Of a stretch of DNA of 64,000 bases, positions 16,401 to 26,478 are shown in pieces (the stretch's first letter is position 1; each line of letters starts with the position of its first letter). Below the pieces are notes generated by a model. It worked only from the letters and a program-made list of their open reading frames with translations. It ran no database searches and was not told the origin of the DNA. Made by a program: the position numbers and the translations under genes. Where the stretch lies: the NCBI GenBank assembly GCA_944381275.1, contig CALWKO010000001.1, positions 25,342-89,341 of the forward strand, in the 5' to 3' direction. Origin of the DNA: an uncultured Clostridia bacterium (GTDB lineage Bacteria; Bacillota; Clostridia; Christensenellales; UBA3700).

Positions 16401-19400
16401 GCGATGGAGAGCACATAGGCGTTTGCGATAGTGCCTACGGGATTGCCCACACTATATTGATTCATCGTTTCGAGCGTGGCGGTGTATCTGATTTGAGCCA
16501 TCTCTTCCGCGGTGAGCTCGCTGGAGCCGTGCTGGAACCAATGATTGATGTAGGTTGTCACATCCTCCGTGATGATTTTGGGAGCTTCACTGCCGTAGGT
16601 CACAGATACGGGGCTGCGTCCCGTCTTGGATGTGGTGAGGGTGAGCACTGCGGGGGTGACTTCCATATAAGGATGAGGAATGTTCGCCACGAGTTCGCCC
16701 GAGCGGTTGTAGTTCTCGTCACCGCTGAAGATGACCACGGGGAAGTAGTTGCCCACATTGGTGGCGGCGGGAGCGCCGTTTACGCTCGTGAACTCATAGC
16801 CCGCATATTTCCCGCTTCCTTGCTGAGCCGTAAGCCATTCGGCGATATTAGATTCACCGCTTGCCACAAACGCGTTCACCATTTCGGCGATCTCAGTCTG
16901 AGCGGCGGAGATAGCCGTACTCGTAGCGCCGTCGTCACCGAAGGTTGCCTTGATGTAGTAGATGTCGGCATTTGCGGTTATCATGGGAGCGAGCGCGCCG
17001 TTGAGCTCGAAGGTGAAGTCATCCGAGGAGATGGTGTTGCCGCTTATGCTGTACTCCACGCTGTAACCGTCCTTTTCGAACCTGATGGTGGGGGTCGCCT
17101 TGTTGATGGTTATCTGCACGGGGGCGGAAGGAGTGACGTCGTAGTTTTCACTGCCCTCTACGGTCACCTTTACCCAATAGGAGCCGGCGGTGACGATGGG
17201 GGCTTCTTTGATGTTCACATATTCGCCGTTTTCGGAAGCGGAAACGAGGATATTGATCGTGCCCTGCAGCGAGGATGCGGTTACCTCATTGCCGCCGGCG
17301 GTGACGTTTGCACCCACGCCGTGAGATGTGCCGTTAAAGGTTGCGACGTATATTTCCCCATCAAGTACGAGGTCGGAGTTGCCGGAGTTGATGACGACAT
17401 TCGCCTGCGCGTCGATCTTGGTCACTTGGAAGAAGATATACACGCCTTTGAGTGCGCCCGTAAGGTTGGCGTCATCCGCCGCCACGGTTATGCGGTAGCT
17501 GCCCACGGAGCTGATGTTTTCCACGCCGGTCCAGTGCTGACCGTCGGCGGAGTACTCTATCGTGTTGATGCGCACGTTCTTGGTGGTGTAGGTGCCGTTA
17601 CCTTCGGGAGCGGTGAGAGGCTTGTATTCGATACCCACGCCCACCTGATCGAGCACCGCGTTGTTCCACGAGGTGTTGGGGGTGTAAGGCTGACCGGTAA
17701 GGGTCACGCCTTCGGGTCCAACCACAGCGCCTAAGGAGTTCACAAGCACTTCGGGCGCCGCCTGGGTGACGGTTATCATACTGTTTGCGGTTTCCATCAC
17801 GATTTCAAGGTTGGGGTTGATGGAAGTATACACATAGTAGATGAAGTAGCTGCCAACGGGCGAAGTTACGCCGCCGTATTCAGAGGAAACGCTGCCGTCC
17901 TCGCCGACAAGCTTGATGAAGGAAGCGAGCGCGGACACGGACATATCGCCGCCGGCTGCCTCAACAGCTTCTTCGAACGCGGTGTGCTTACCGGTATTGG
18001 TGGTGTAACCGCCCTCGCCGAGTTCAATCTTAACGTTGAGCTGATCTGCCAAACCTTGCAAGTTAAATTCGGTACCGAACGGCGTGGAGAGGTTAGCGCC
18101 CTCGTTTTGTTCCACGGTGATGTGGTATTCCGCCCTTTGCTGGATGAACATTGCGGTGTAGGAGAAGGACTCGTATCTGCCGGGCATAGCGTCAAAGGTG
18201 AAGGTAAAGGTGTATTCACCCGCATTGACTATGCCGCTACCGGAAGACCTGCCGTTTGCAAAGGAGTAAACCTCGTTGCCGTTTGAATCGGTAACCTTGA
18301 TGGTTATCTTATCGGCGGCGAGCACCTCAAAGTTGTACTCGACGTTGTTCAGCAGCATGGTATAACCTGTGGTGGTCACATTAGCTGTGTCAGAGCCTTG
18401 ATAACCCATTGTGAGCAATTCGCCGCCCGTGGGAATGGCGATACCGCGCATGATGTAGTCGGCAATGTCGCGCGCTTCTTCGTCGGTGATTTGACCGTCC
18501 GCAACGGCATTGAGCTCGCTGTATTCGCCGCCCAAAGCGTCGTTGCCGTCGTTATAGAAGCTGCTCGTATAGAACATGCTGAAGTCTATAGCGGCGGGAT
18601 TTACGGTCACGGAACCGGAAGCGGTGTGAGGCACCTGAATCATCTGGGCAACGCCGTCGATGATGATAGGACCGTTTTCGTCCATTTGCACTTCCTGAGC
18701 GGGACTGTATTCACTGCCGGAATCTTCCGTATTATCCACGCTTACGGATATGCGGTAAAGCGCGGCGACGGTTTCTTTGGTATTGGCGTTATAGCCGGCA
18801 TAGCCGAAGTCGTATACGGCAAAGCCGTTCGAGCCGATGTAGGGGCCGGAGATTTGCACGTTTTCGTCATTTCTGCCTTCGGCCAAGAACGTCTTTACAG
18901 GGGTCTCCCTTATGCCTTCGCCGTTGTTTCCGTTGGGATCATATGCCCAAGTATAGGTATACAGATCGGTGAAGAGCTGTTCGCCGGTGGTGTCGCTTAC
19001 GCCGTAGTTGTAGGCTACGGTGATGACGATGTCGCCCACCTTGAGATCTTCGGTGAGGTTATCCATGCCGGCAAGGTCAACGCCGGTGAACTGGATGATA
19101 TCCGTATTTATCCAATAACGGATATCGGCGCCCGTACCGGTGGAGTAGATGACGTCGCGGCCGTTATAGCCTACCAAGCCGTTGTAATCGGTGCTGACGT
19201 TACCCATCCTAATACTCATAATGCCTTGGGTAATCACCATAACGGTGAGGGAACCATCGCCGTTGGTAATCCAAGTATTGCCGGGAGCGTAGTTGCCGCT
19301 GTAAGCGCCGTCCCTGTTGAATTCCACGAACACATAGTAGCTGCCGCTGGATACGGCGGTGGCACTGGGCTCGCTGTTGACGTAATATCTGTCCGCTTCA

Positions 19401-22400
19401 ATACCGCTCACCAAAGTAGAGAGGTCTACGCCGTCGTTAGCTTTACTCAGCAGTTCATAGAAGGTGAAGTTGAATGCGCTGCTGTCGGTAATGGGCAGCT
19501 GGGTAACTTCACCGGCAAGCGTGATGACCGCCTGGGCGTTGGGGATGATGGGCGCGCCGCTGTAATACACTTGGTTTGCGTCAAGACCCGTACTTGTGGG
19601 CACGGATGCGGAAAGCGTAAACTTATTGGTGGGCGCTATGGTTATGACGCCCTCGTTGGCATCGGGAGCCGTAGCGTAGTACACGTTTGCGGAATCGATG
19701 ACCAAGGTAACGGTATAATCGCCGGCGTCGACGGGTTGCACAGGTTCACCCTCTTCATTGGTATAGGTGAAGGTGTATTGAGCGTTAAAGCCGGTGAGCA
19801 CGTCGTTGAATACGAGCGTTGCGCCGTGAGGCTGGCTGTCGTACATCACGCCTGTGGGAATGTCGATATCCGTCACCTGAGCAAGAGTGTCTGCGTTAAG
19901 AACCCACTGTTCTATCACCATGGTCACGTTGGTGAGCCTTGCATTTGCAAAGTTGTTGCCGGATATGGTGACCACCACGTTATAAGCGCCCACGTTGACG
20001 GTGGAAGCGGTCACACCGTTTTGCTGATATGCGATAGATACGCTCAAAGCGCCGTCGTCATCAACATTGTAAGTCCTATTGCCATAGGAGAAGGTGATGT
20101 CGTTCTGAGCTATCGTTTGTTCTCTGTTGTTGAAGGTGGTGGTGTAAGTTATGGCGCCTTCCACAGCCTCGACGTCCCCGACCGCGGTTATGGTAAGGTT
20201 GGCCTTTGCCACAGAGAAGGACTTGGAGGCAATGCCCGTTACGGAGAAGTTACCGTTGTTGACCGACTCGGAGCCGTTGGTTACGGAAGCCACAGCCACG
20301 GTGGCGGTATAATTACCCGCATTCTTGACCGTATCGCTGTAATTGACGGTGAAGGTCACCACGTCGCCGTTGGTGTGGGTGAAGTCTTCCACGGTGTAGA
20401 GTTCGCCGCTTTCATCAAACGCCTCGCCTTTATAGGTGAGGGTGCCGGCGGGATCCTTCCAAGTCACGGAAGTGATTTGGTAAGGATTGACCGTCAAAGT
20501 GCCTTCCGTTGCCGAGGTGATGGCATAGTTGGCATTGTCGGACTTAATGTCACTTAACGTGAAGGCGTAAGTATCGGCGTTAAGCCTGTTTATTGCCGTC
20601 ACGGGGGCACTGTTTATCATGAGCGTGCCGCTGATGACGGGGAGAGTATCGCTGCCGTAAAGACCTGCGCTACCGGATATCGTATAGGCGATAGCGGGCA
20701 AACTAGCGGACGAGTAAGTCATGGAGATGTTACCCAGCGCTATGGTCAACTCGCGAGGAGTGATGGTGAGCACGCCGGGGTTTACGCTCTGAGTAAAGTT
20801 TTCCGTGCAAGTGACGGCGGCGGAGATTTCGCCTTCGCCTACGCCGTCGCCGATAGATTTATCGGAAGTGAAGACATAGGAATACTCACTTGCTATGGCG
20901 GTGGTATCCTCTACCAAAGCGCCACCCTTGTAAACTTCCACGGTGGCGCTTGCGCCCTGAGTGGGAGCATAGCCATATTGCACGGAATTATTGCCAACGG
21001 TGACTTCAAGGGTGAGTTTCTGCACGTTTATATTGCCGATGCTGTCTGCGGGCAAAGCGTAGTTGTAATAACCTTCTGTCTGCTCGTTGAGCTGAATTGC
21101 GTAGGTGTAAGGAGCCGCATTGGGTGCGGAGTTCAGCACCGCGGAGGTTACGGTTACGAATCTATTGTTGCCGTCCGTAAAGGACAAGCCGCTCATAAGC
21201 AACTCTTCAGTAATGGTATCCGTGTAGTAAGCGGAGACGTCGCTAAGAGTTACGCCTATCACTTTCCTTTCCACTTGGTAAGCAAAAGGCATGGTGAAAG
21301 TAATGTCCTTTGTGCTTTTGTTGCTGTAAGTCACATGCACGGTTACGGATATGGTCGCGGTATAAGAACCGGCGTCAGCCATATTGCTTTGGTCGTATAC
21401 ACCGCTTGTGAACAGCTCCTCAATAGACGTGCTCAAATTGCCCACATCCACACTTGCGGGCTTGAAAGTGGTGCCCGTCAAGCCGAGGCTTGCGGAAGTT
21501 ACTTGCAAGGCGGTGACATCGTCGATAATGTCATCAACATCAATGTTGCCGCTATTATCTACGGTGAGCACACCTTCCACACCGACGGCGGTGAATGCCG
21601 CGAGCAAGGAGAAGGTATCGCCGTAGGTCACCGCGCTTCCTTCGATTCCGTTAAAGCCCAAGCCGAGGCTTATGCGGTAGATGTGCGCGGTGAAAGTGAG
21701 GCCTTCGGCAACTTCGTAGTTTATTTCATCAAAACCTGCCGGCAAGGTCACAGTCATGGTGACGGGGTAGTCACCGCCTTCTGCGGCAATGTTGTTGCCG
21801 CCGTTCAAGGTAAAGGTGATGTTGCCTGCAAATTGATCGGAGACGTCACTGCCGTCAGCGTCGTAGACGACCGCGGTGAAGAAGTCTTCATAATAATCGG
21901 CGGAGGGATCGTCCGCATTGATGAGCAGGGAGCTTATGCCCTCTTGAGGGGTGATGACGAACTTGCTTATCGTCAAAGTATAGGAAGTATTTCCGCTCAA
22001 GGTGTAGTTGGAGTTGTCAAGGGTCACGGTGATGGCATATTCGCCGGCATTCTTGATTTCTCCGCCGCCTGTTGCGGTGAATACGGGGTTGACGACGTCG
22101 CCGCTCACGATGCCCGGGAGCGTGTAAGTGGGATCATATACTTCCTTATTATATACTTGCGTAGCCGCGCCGTCCGTTACGCCGTCAACCGTTATGGTAA
22201 GGTTTTTGTGTGTAACGGTATAAGTTATCGTGGCAGTGGTTGCGGCATAGTTGCCGTTGGAGCCGTCGTAAGTGAAGGTGACGGTATAAGAGCCCACGTT
22301 GCGCAGCGAGCTGACGGTATCTTCACCCTGCTTATAGGAGAGAGTTACGGGGAGAGTATCGTGGATTTCCTCGCTATCGGTGTCGGTGATGGTGTAAGGG

Positions 22401-25400
22401 AAGGTGGGCATATTTACGCCCCTATATTCACTTGTTATCACACCTTCGACCGCACCTGTGACGTTGATCACTATTTGCATAGGATTGATGACGAATGTAC
22501 CCGTGAACGCTTGAGTTACGGCGTTGTAGTTGGCAAGGCCGTCTATCTGCACGGTCACGGAATAAGTCCCCGCGTCTACGGGTACGGCGGAGGATCCGTT
22601 ATACAGGATGGCGATGGCGTTCCTGATGAGTTCTTCTTCACCGCTCACCTCGCCTTCTATCGTCACGTTAGAGGTATCGTATACTACCTCGCTACCCGAA
22701 TATTCTATGGTTTGAGTTTGGGCGTTGACCGTGATGGTTGCCTTTGATACCTCAAATGAAGTCCACTCGTTGCCGCTAGCGTCGCGAACGCCCGTGATGT
22801 TATAGTTGGCGGAGAGGGCTGCTGATACGGCGCCGGGGTAATAGGTGCCGGCGTTGGTGGCTTCCGTAGCGTTTTGCCTGTTGACATCGGAGTAGGCTTG
22901 GAAGGTCACCGTGTCGGCTATGTTATTACCATCGGTAAATGCGGCATTAGTGAGAGCCGTGGCGTTGAAAGTATGTGCCGAGCCCTTGTAGATGAGTTCG
23001 CTTTGGTCGTAGTCAAATTGCACGGCGGTATCGCGCTTGCTCACGTCGAAGGCTTGGGTGTTGGATACCACATTGTAGTTTTCGATACCATCTAGCGAAC
23101 CGGGCGAGTTGATCTCCGTTACTTCGGCGGTTGCCACATAAGAGCCGGCGCCGAAAGGCGTAGTCGTATAAGGGTTGTTATCCTTTGTATATGCGGGCGC
23201 CCATGTGATGATTTGGTCGCCTTGCACAAGTCCGCCCACGGTATAAGCGGGGGTATCGGGAGCTTGCCTGTCGCCGTAAGTGAAGTCGGGTATCTCGCCC
23301 AAATCGATGTTGAGCGTTGCCGGGTTGATATTGAACGGCTGCGACGTGCCCATGGTGACGTTATAGTTGCGTGCGCCGCTGCCGGTGATGTTTTCGTAGA
23401 GCACTTCGTATGCGCCAACGGGGAAATTATTCGCAAATACGGAAGATCCCGCAAGCGAAGAACCGGAAGCCGCCTCAAACAAGAGCTGCCCGGGGTTTGT
23501 GGAATTATTGCCCGTTCTCAAGTTCAAGTTGAGGGTGATGTTATCACGCGAAGCAAAGGCGGTGAGCTGAGTGGCGTCGTCGAAGTCGAGCTCGTAATGC
23601 ACCAAATTCATAAACGCCGCCCTATCGGCAAGTTGAGTGCCGTAGGTCATGGTGCCGCCCACGATATTGAGCGTTACATCGGCGGGGGTTATGGTGAAGG
23701 CGTCTTTGTTATTGGGCGCGGCTTCCAACCTATAGTTATTCGCGGAACCGCCCGTAAGAGAAGTTGCGGATATGTTGTAGTCGCCCGCGTCCACCGCAGA
23801 GGTCGTGCCGCTGATGGTTGCCAATGTGGAAACGCTGTCGTTGCCGATTATTGCGCCCAAGTTGTCATTTTCCGTGGTGCCGAAGGTATAGTTTACCGTG
23901 CCGAAGGTCGTGCCGCCGCTGCCCTGCTCCAGCGCGTAGCCTTGACCGATATAAGGAACGCTGTCGTTCACCACATCGAGGTAGATGGGGCGCTGAGTTA
24001 TCTGCACTTTCGCGGAAGATCCTTGAGCAGGCACGAACACATACTTGCGCGCCCCGCTTGCTTCGGTAAATGCAAACGTGGAGAGCGCAGACCATTGATA
24101 GGTATTGGCGTTCACCATGCCGCTCCAGCCGGATTTTTCCACCGTTTGATATCCGCCGTCGCTATTATATTGCAATTGCAAAATCGAGCCGATAATCGAA
24201 TCGATGTTGGCATTTGAGGTAGACGCGCCGGTAGCGTCGTAATAACAGTCGATCGCATCGCCAACCCCCGTGGTGCCGTTATTGCGGAATACGGTCAAGA
24301 AGCCTTGAGTATTCACGCCCAAGGTCATATAACCGCTGCTAGTGAGCAGATTGCCCTTGCCGTAACTGCTTATTTCGGAATTTACGTTCACTTCCAAGGT
24401 GGGGTAGCTGACCTGCGTTCCGTTATAGATCTTATTGTTATCGCCGTTACCGTTTACGCCGTTGGATACGGAGTAGGTATAGGAAGAGGCATAGGTTATA
24501 GCCATTTCCACATAGTTTGTGTTGCCCTGCACCGCCAATTCCTTGATCTTTACGTTGTTGGCGGTGTTCTGCATAAACACAAGCTGCGTGCTATTGGTAA
24601 CATTGATGTTTGTGGAAGTATTGTTCCACACATAATTTACGTCCCACATTACGCCTTCTTGCGAAGAAGGCGCGCTGATCTCCACCATATAATCGGGATC
24701 GTCGGAGAATTGAATACTGCTTATCACGGCGTCGTCTGCATAGATAAATCTCTTGTTAGTCGAATCGTTACCATCGAACCAGAAGCCGGAACTATATGAT
24801 GCAGTAGAACCTGCTTCAATCGTGTTATGTCCATTTATTATGCTTGCCGTAGGATAACAGGTGTAGCTTTGCCCATTACCGATCGAGTCAATAGTGGCGC
24901 CGCTGGCACCGGAGACGACCATATCCGTCATATATATATTCTGATAAGTTACGGTACCTTCGGGACGACCTACGAACACACCGCGCTTAAATTGGGCGCC
25001 GTCGGTACGATTATCCTGCTGTGGATACCAGGAGTTTGCAAAGGGATAAGAAAAGAGTATACCGTTGAGGGTAGTGTCATTTAACGTACTGCCGATAAAT
25101 CCGCCTATATAGGTATGGACCTTAGACCAGTGACCAACTCCCGTACCCTGGAACAATCTATCAGAACAGATAAATGCCGAAGAGGAAGAGCCATAGATTG
25201 CGATTTTTTCTATCGTGTTATTGCCCCATTCCAAACCTATAAACGTTCCGATATGCGAAGTAGACTTATATCCGGACGCATCGCCTGCGAACGCTTGATA
25301 ATCTTGCACACGTACGTTGCATTGATCCCATACGGAGCTATTAAAGTTGATGGTGACGTTGCTCACATCGGCGGAGGCGTTAAAACCGATCGCGCCGCCT

Positions 25401-26443
25401 GTATACATATCATCCTGACCGCTTTGTCTGTCAAGACCGCTTGAGGGTATGGTGTACATATGAAGCACGTTTTTAGTAAAGTTGCAGCTGATATTGGAAA
25501 GGGTGGAGTGAGTTGATCCGACATTCGCTTGAGCGGAAGGACCGGCATAGCCGACAATGCCGCCGAATGCGGTGCCCGTTCTTTCACTGTTTTCCTCATA
25601 GTAGTGACCGCTTAACGGCCTGTTTTCTTGAGCTTCACTATATGTTCTGCCGCCCCCGTTGGCGTTGGCGTCGGTGAGCTTGAAGTTGGTGAGGGTGCCG
25701 TTGCAAATGGAACCGATGAGCAGACCGCCGGCATTTAAGCCGTAGGTATTCAAAATCATCTCGTTATTAGCACAGTCCCACTTTATCCAGCCATATCTTC
25801 CGGTAGAGGTGGTGTTCCAATACATGAGCATTTGGGACATGCTCAAGGTAACGCCGGCGCCGTCGAACGTGGCGTTGAAGTCGAAGGAGTCAAAGGTATT
25901 ATTCGGGTCGTAAGAGATGGTGCCGCTTGCTTGCACCGCCAAACCGTAATTGCCCGCATTTCGACTGTAATTGGTGGCAGTCATATATGTTTCGAACCCG
26001 AGGAATAAATTGTAACCCGCATTTTTGGTAAAGCGATAGTATGCACCGTTATAATAGAGCTGATAATAATTATTCGTAGCCGTAATATTTCTTCCGGTGT
26101 TCGCCGCTTCACTTGCCGCGCCCGTTTGCGTTATAAGATAGAACGAGTTATCGAGCGTAGCGGGATAGTAGGATATGTTCCCGTCTTGAACAAGTTCGCT
26201 TGCACTCCAACTGACGTTATCGCCCTTCTTATTGGAATGATCCTTTAAGGTGTTAAAGACGTAACTTGCATCCACACTGCCGGTATCGGAACCGATAGTG
26301 AGATCTACGCCGGAAGCCGTTCCTTCCTGTTCGAGATTGTAGAACGCGCCGTTGCCGGTGAGCACTACCGTGAGCACAACAGCCGCAACAAGTATCAGCG
26401 CAAGCGCCGCCGTTACTATCGCGTATTTTCTGCTCTTAACCAT
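13445..26443 (-). CDS. Giant surface repeat protein (4,332 aa): N-terminal signal anchor, GLUG-like head, dozens of MBG/YGX-like adhesin repeats, helical stalk, C-terminal TM anchor
   Basis: Uninterrupted 13-kb ORF with a GGAGGA RBS 8 nt upstream of the ATG. The N-terminus is MVKSRKYAIVTAALALILVAAVVLTVVL. Recurrent units resemble ...TYGD...GLVQGD...AGSYVATA...NYNV...F.V.K. The C-terminus GVAMPVLGIGLIFAAARKRKNKEDDLND has no LPXTG motif. Confidence 0.9.
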   Translation of the reverse strand: MVKSRKYAIVTAALALILVAAVVLTVVLTGNGAFYNLEQEGTASGVDLTIGSDTGSVDASYVFNTLKDHSNKKGDNVSWSASELVQDGNISYYPATLDNSFYLITQTGAASEAANTGRNITATNNYYQLYYNGAYYRFTKNAGYNLFLGFETYMTATNYSRNAGNYGLAVQASGTISYDPNNTFDSFDFNATFDGAGVTLSMSQMLMYWNTTSTGRYGWIKWDCANNEMILNTYGLNAGGLLIGSICNGTLTNFKLTDANANGGGRTYSEAQENRPLSGHYYEENSERTGTAFGGIVGYAGPSAQANVGSTHSTLSNISCNFTKNVLHMYTIPSSGLDRQSGQDDMYTGGAIGFNASADVSNVTINFNSSVWDQCNVRVQDYQAFAGDASGYKSTSHIGTFIGLEWGNNTIEKIAIYGSSSSAFICSDRLFQGTGVGHWSKVHTYIGGFIGSTLNDTTLNGILFSYPFANSWYPQQDNRTDGAQFKRGVFVGRPEGTVTYQNIYMTDMVVSGASGATIDSIGNGQSYTCYPTASIINGHNTIEAGSTASYSSGFWFDGNDSTNKRFIYADDAVISSIQFSDDPDYMVEISAPSSQEGVMWDVNYVWNNTSTNINVTNSTQLVFMQNTANNVKIKELAVQGNTNYVEMAITYASSYTYSVSNGVNGNGDNNKIYNGTQVSYPTLEVNVNSEISSYGKGNLLTSSGYMTLGVNTQGFLTVFRNNGTTGVGDAIDCYYDATGASTSNANIDSIIGSILQLQYNSDGGYQTVEKSGWSGMVNANTYQWSALSTFAFTEASGARKYVFVPAQGSSAKVQITQRPIYLDVVNDSVPYIGQGYALEQGSGGTTFGTVNYTFGTTENDNLGAIIGNDSVSTLATISGTTSAVDAGDYNISATSLTGGSANNYRLEAAPNNKDAFTITPADVTLNIVGGTMTYGTQLADRAAFMNLVHYELDFDDATQLTAFASRDNITLNLNLRTGNNSTNPGQLLFEAASGSSLAGSSVFANNFPVGAYEVLYENITGSGARNYNVTMGTSQPFNINPATLNIDLGEIPDFTYGDRQAPDTPAYTVGGLVQGDQIITWAPAYTKDNNPYTTTPFGAGSYVATAEVTEINSPGSLDGIENYNVVSNTQAFDVSKRDTAVQFDYDQSELIYKGSAHTFNATALTNAAFTDGNNIADTVTFQAYSDVNRQNATEATNAGTYYPGAVSAALSANYNITGVRDASGNEWTSFEVSKATITVNAQTQTIEYSGSEVVYDTSNVTIEGEVSGEEELIRNAIAILYNGSSAVPVDAGTYSVTVQIDGLANYNAVTQAFTGTFVINPMQIVINVTGAVEGVITSEYRGVNMPTFPYTITDTDSEEIHDTLPVTLSYKQGEDTVSSLRNVGSYTVTFTYDGSNGNYAATTATITYTVTHKNLTITVDGVTDGAATQVYNKEVYDPTYTLPGIVSGDVVNPVFTATGGGEIKNAGEYAITVTLDNSNYTLSGNTSYTLTISKFVITPQEGISSLLINADDPSADYYEDFFTAVVYDADGSDVSDQFAGNITFTLNGGNNIAAEGGDYPVTMTVTLPAGFDEINYEVAEGLTFTAHIYRISLGLGFNGIEGSAVTYGDTFSLLAAFTAVGVEGVLTVDNSGNIDVDDIIDDVTALQVTSASLGLTGTTFKPASVDVGNLSTSIEELFTSGVYDQSNMADAGSYTATISVTVHVTYSNKSTKDITFTMPFAYQVERKVIGVTLSDVSAYYTDTITEELLMSGLSFTDGNNRFVTVTSAVLNSAPNAAPYTYAIQLNEQTEGYYNYALPADSIGNINVQKLTLEVTVGNNSVQYGYAPTQGASATVEVYKGGALVEDTTAIASEYSYVFTSDKSIGDGVGEGEISAAVTCTENFTQSVNPGVLTITPRELTIALGNISMTYSSASLPAIAYTISGSAGLYGSDTLPVISGTLMINSAPVTAINRLNADTYAFTLSDIKSDNANYAITSATEGTLTVNPYQITSVTWKDPAGTLTYKGEAFDESGELYTVEDFTHTNGDVVTFTVNYSDTVKNAGNYTATVAVASVTNGSESVNNGNFSVTGIASKSFSVAKANLTITAVGDVEAVEGAITYTTTFNNREQTIAQNDITFSYGNRTYNVDDDGALSVSIAYQQNGVTASTVNVGAYNVVVTISGNNFANARLTNVTMVIEQWVLNADTLAQVTDIDIPTGVMYDSQPHGATLVFNDVLTGFNAQYTFTYTNEEGEPVQPVDAGDYTVTLVIDSANVYYATAPDANEGVITIAPTNKFTLSASVPTSTGLDANQVYYSGAPIIPNAQAVITLAGEVTQLPITDSSAFNFTFYELLSKANDGVDLSTLVSGIEADRYYVNSEPSATAVSSGSYYVFVEFNRDGAYSGNYAPGNTWITNGDGSLTVMVITQGIMSIRMGNVSTDYNGLVGYNGRDVIYSTGTGADIRYWINTDIIQFTGVDLAGMDNLTEDLKVGDIVITVAYNYGVSDTTGEQLFTDLYTYTWAYDPNGNNGEGIRETPVKTFLAEGRNDENVQISGPYIGSNGFAVYDFGYAGYNANTKETVAALYRISVSVDNTEDSGSEYSPAQEVQMDENGPIIIDGVAQMIQVPHTASGSVTVNPAAIDFSMFYTSSFYNDGNDALGGEYSELNAVADGQITDEEARDIADYIMRGIAIPTGGELLTMGYQGSDTANVTTTGYTMLLNNVEYNFEVLAADKITIKVTDSNGNEVYSFANGRSSGSGIVNAGEYTFTFTFDAMPGRYESFSYTAMFIQQRAEYHITVEQNEGANLSTPFGTEFNLQGLADQLNVKIELGEGGYTTNTGKHTAFEEAVEAAGGDMSVSALASFIKLVGEDGSVSSEYGGVTSPVGSYFIYYVYTSINPNLEIVMETANSMITVTQAAPEVLVNSLGAVVGPEGVTLTGQPYTPNTSWNNAVLDQVGVGIEYKPLTAPEGNGTYTTKNVRINTIEYSADGQHWTGVENISSVGSYRITVAADDANLTGALKGVYIFFQVTKIDAQANVVINSGNSDLVLDGEIYVATFNGTSHGVGANVTAGGNEVTASSLQGTINILVSASENGEYVNIKEAPIVTAGSYWVKVTVEGSENYDVTPSAPVQITINKATPTIRFEKDGYSVEYSISGNTISSDDFTFELNGALAPMITANADIYYIKATFGDDGATSTAISAAQTEIAEMVNAFVASGESNIAEWLTAQQGSGKYAGYEFTSVNGAPAATNVGNYFPVVIFSGDENYNRSGELVANIPHPYMEVTPAVLTLTTSKTGRSPVSVTYGSEAPKIITEDVTTYINHWFQHGSSELTAEEMAQIRYTATLETMNQYSVGNPVGTIANAYVLSIADFGSDYNNYTYIAADYYVDIEVTPAEVTFDLANVSVSLTSDIDGQAPVALTAQGYTFERVYNGSSFGPLKLTYGGETGLAVTGDGATSADNAVSVNGQGLGTYGIFDISASGGYVQEAVSSAGSYTGSVTIALNNSNYAVTGLGEGNTLTIPVNLVIDKAILRIYFDYLTYTVDKMEPYKETSAPGVNTPGGEQHLGWYEYYTIYTGRNFDYNNRVIVTSYSQDENGKLTAYGAYAGGVKLSELSEVGGIDETDGASGNLAAVGQYNIHLTLNQLAANYKFIDSAGSTVGVDTSGNQADLTTLDINVNIGQSPFVAVSNTLDDKLFTKEGDVFTRYFDGTNITASFLKGFLSIVPYKVDASGALTGTVALSPDRDYAQETITNNVQVTITSGGDPVTSAMYVGDYVMSATFNNASYSMKPIEYAFKIAPTPKITPNVTVKGTTERTYNGLDLVPNISLTISVTDYNRVTHTIAVPSFTVNVTYKQTESSEPSYFSYDVNNGVADMTQLQGNFRNAGTYTVTLGISNANTSVTRVDVETEFEISRRPLDDDDPTIRSSYIDLFNYRTRVNEGKVEAVPVSEDDLNVIVTYNRTTSLVLGEDFEIDFGKDGAGMYTGHYTFDIVGKGNYTGKLEGREYSIGASVGIAAAPDAITYGSDSLKVMLEVNSLGTQTLEGSLTVKFSTGSSSRIVDGSGKTVAQLGVPEQITINSSNMTGSGFAVPFTGLGALNAGDYYLYLVFECSYNGITTQGEISSQASGDVDSKVTVSEAEAEVAAQGVTATITSVNSTSVTFNIKGAPNSYEYSVDGGSTWYEAVKGDNTISDLESEHAFSIMLRINDDNYAHEGVNEYPLSVALSGTTTADVDAIIAEAEDLASGFNVTGFARYSELLQSISAVSSGDLAARGDEIDAALAEVEEAKAKYVEDLQAAIDSAVSAAEKAAGKASGASAAATAGVVAGGVAMPVLGIGLIFAAARKRKNKEDDLND
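14120..24005 (-). repeat. Array of roughly 75-95-aa divergent Ig-like adhesin repeats (MBG/YGX-type-like), about 35-40 copies estimated by eye
   Basis: The recurrent pattern is I.P/K A.LT/I..., Y(N/D)G or TYG, then (N/D)AG(T/S)Y.VTV, NY.., and F.I.(K/P). Examples: YNGSSAVPVDAGTYSVTVQIDGLANYNAV, YDSQPHGATL...DAGDYTVTLVIDSANVYY. The copies are diverged at the DNA level, so this is not a recent amplification. Confidence 0.6.
24955..25734 (-). other. GLUG-motif-like region in the head of the 4,332-aa protein
   Basis: Serial G-hydrophobic-x-G motifs: AGGLLIGS, FGGIVGYAG, TGGAIGFNAS, IGTFIGLEWG, IGGFIGSTLN, RGVFVGRPEG. Confidence 0.45.
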
Positions 26444-26478
26444 AATTTATTCCTCCAAATACCTTTCCTTTATGTTTG

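Noticed and set aside
14552-17734. A 1,060-aa plus-strand ORF. Others lie at 13376-14428, 18398-20557, 20978-22747 and 23213-24217, all opposite the 4,332-aa gene.
   Set aside because: The reasoning is the same: these are antisense shadows of a continuous 13-kb ORF with clear adhesin repeats, and no independent coding evidence supports them.
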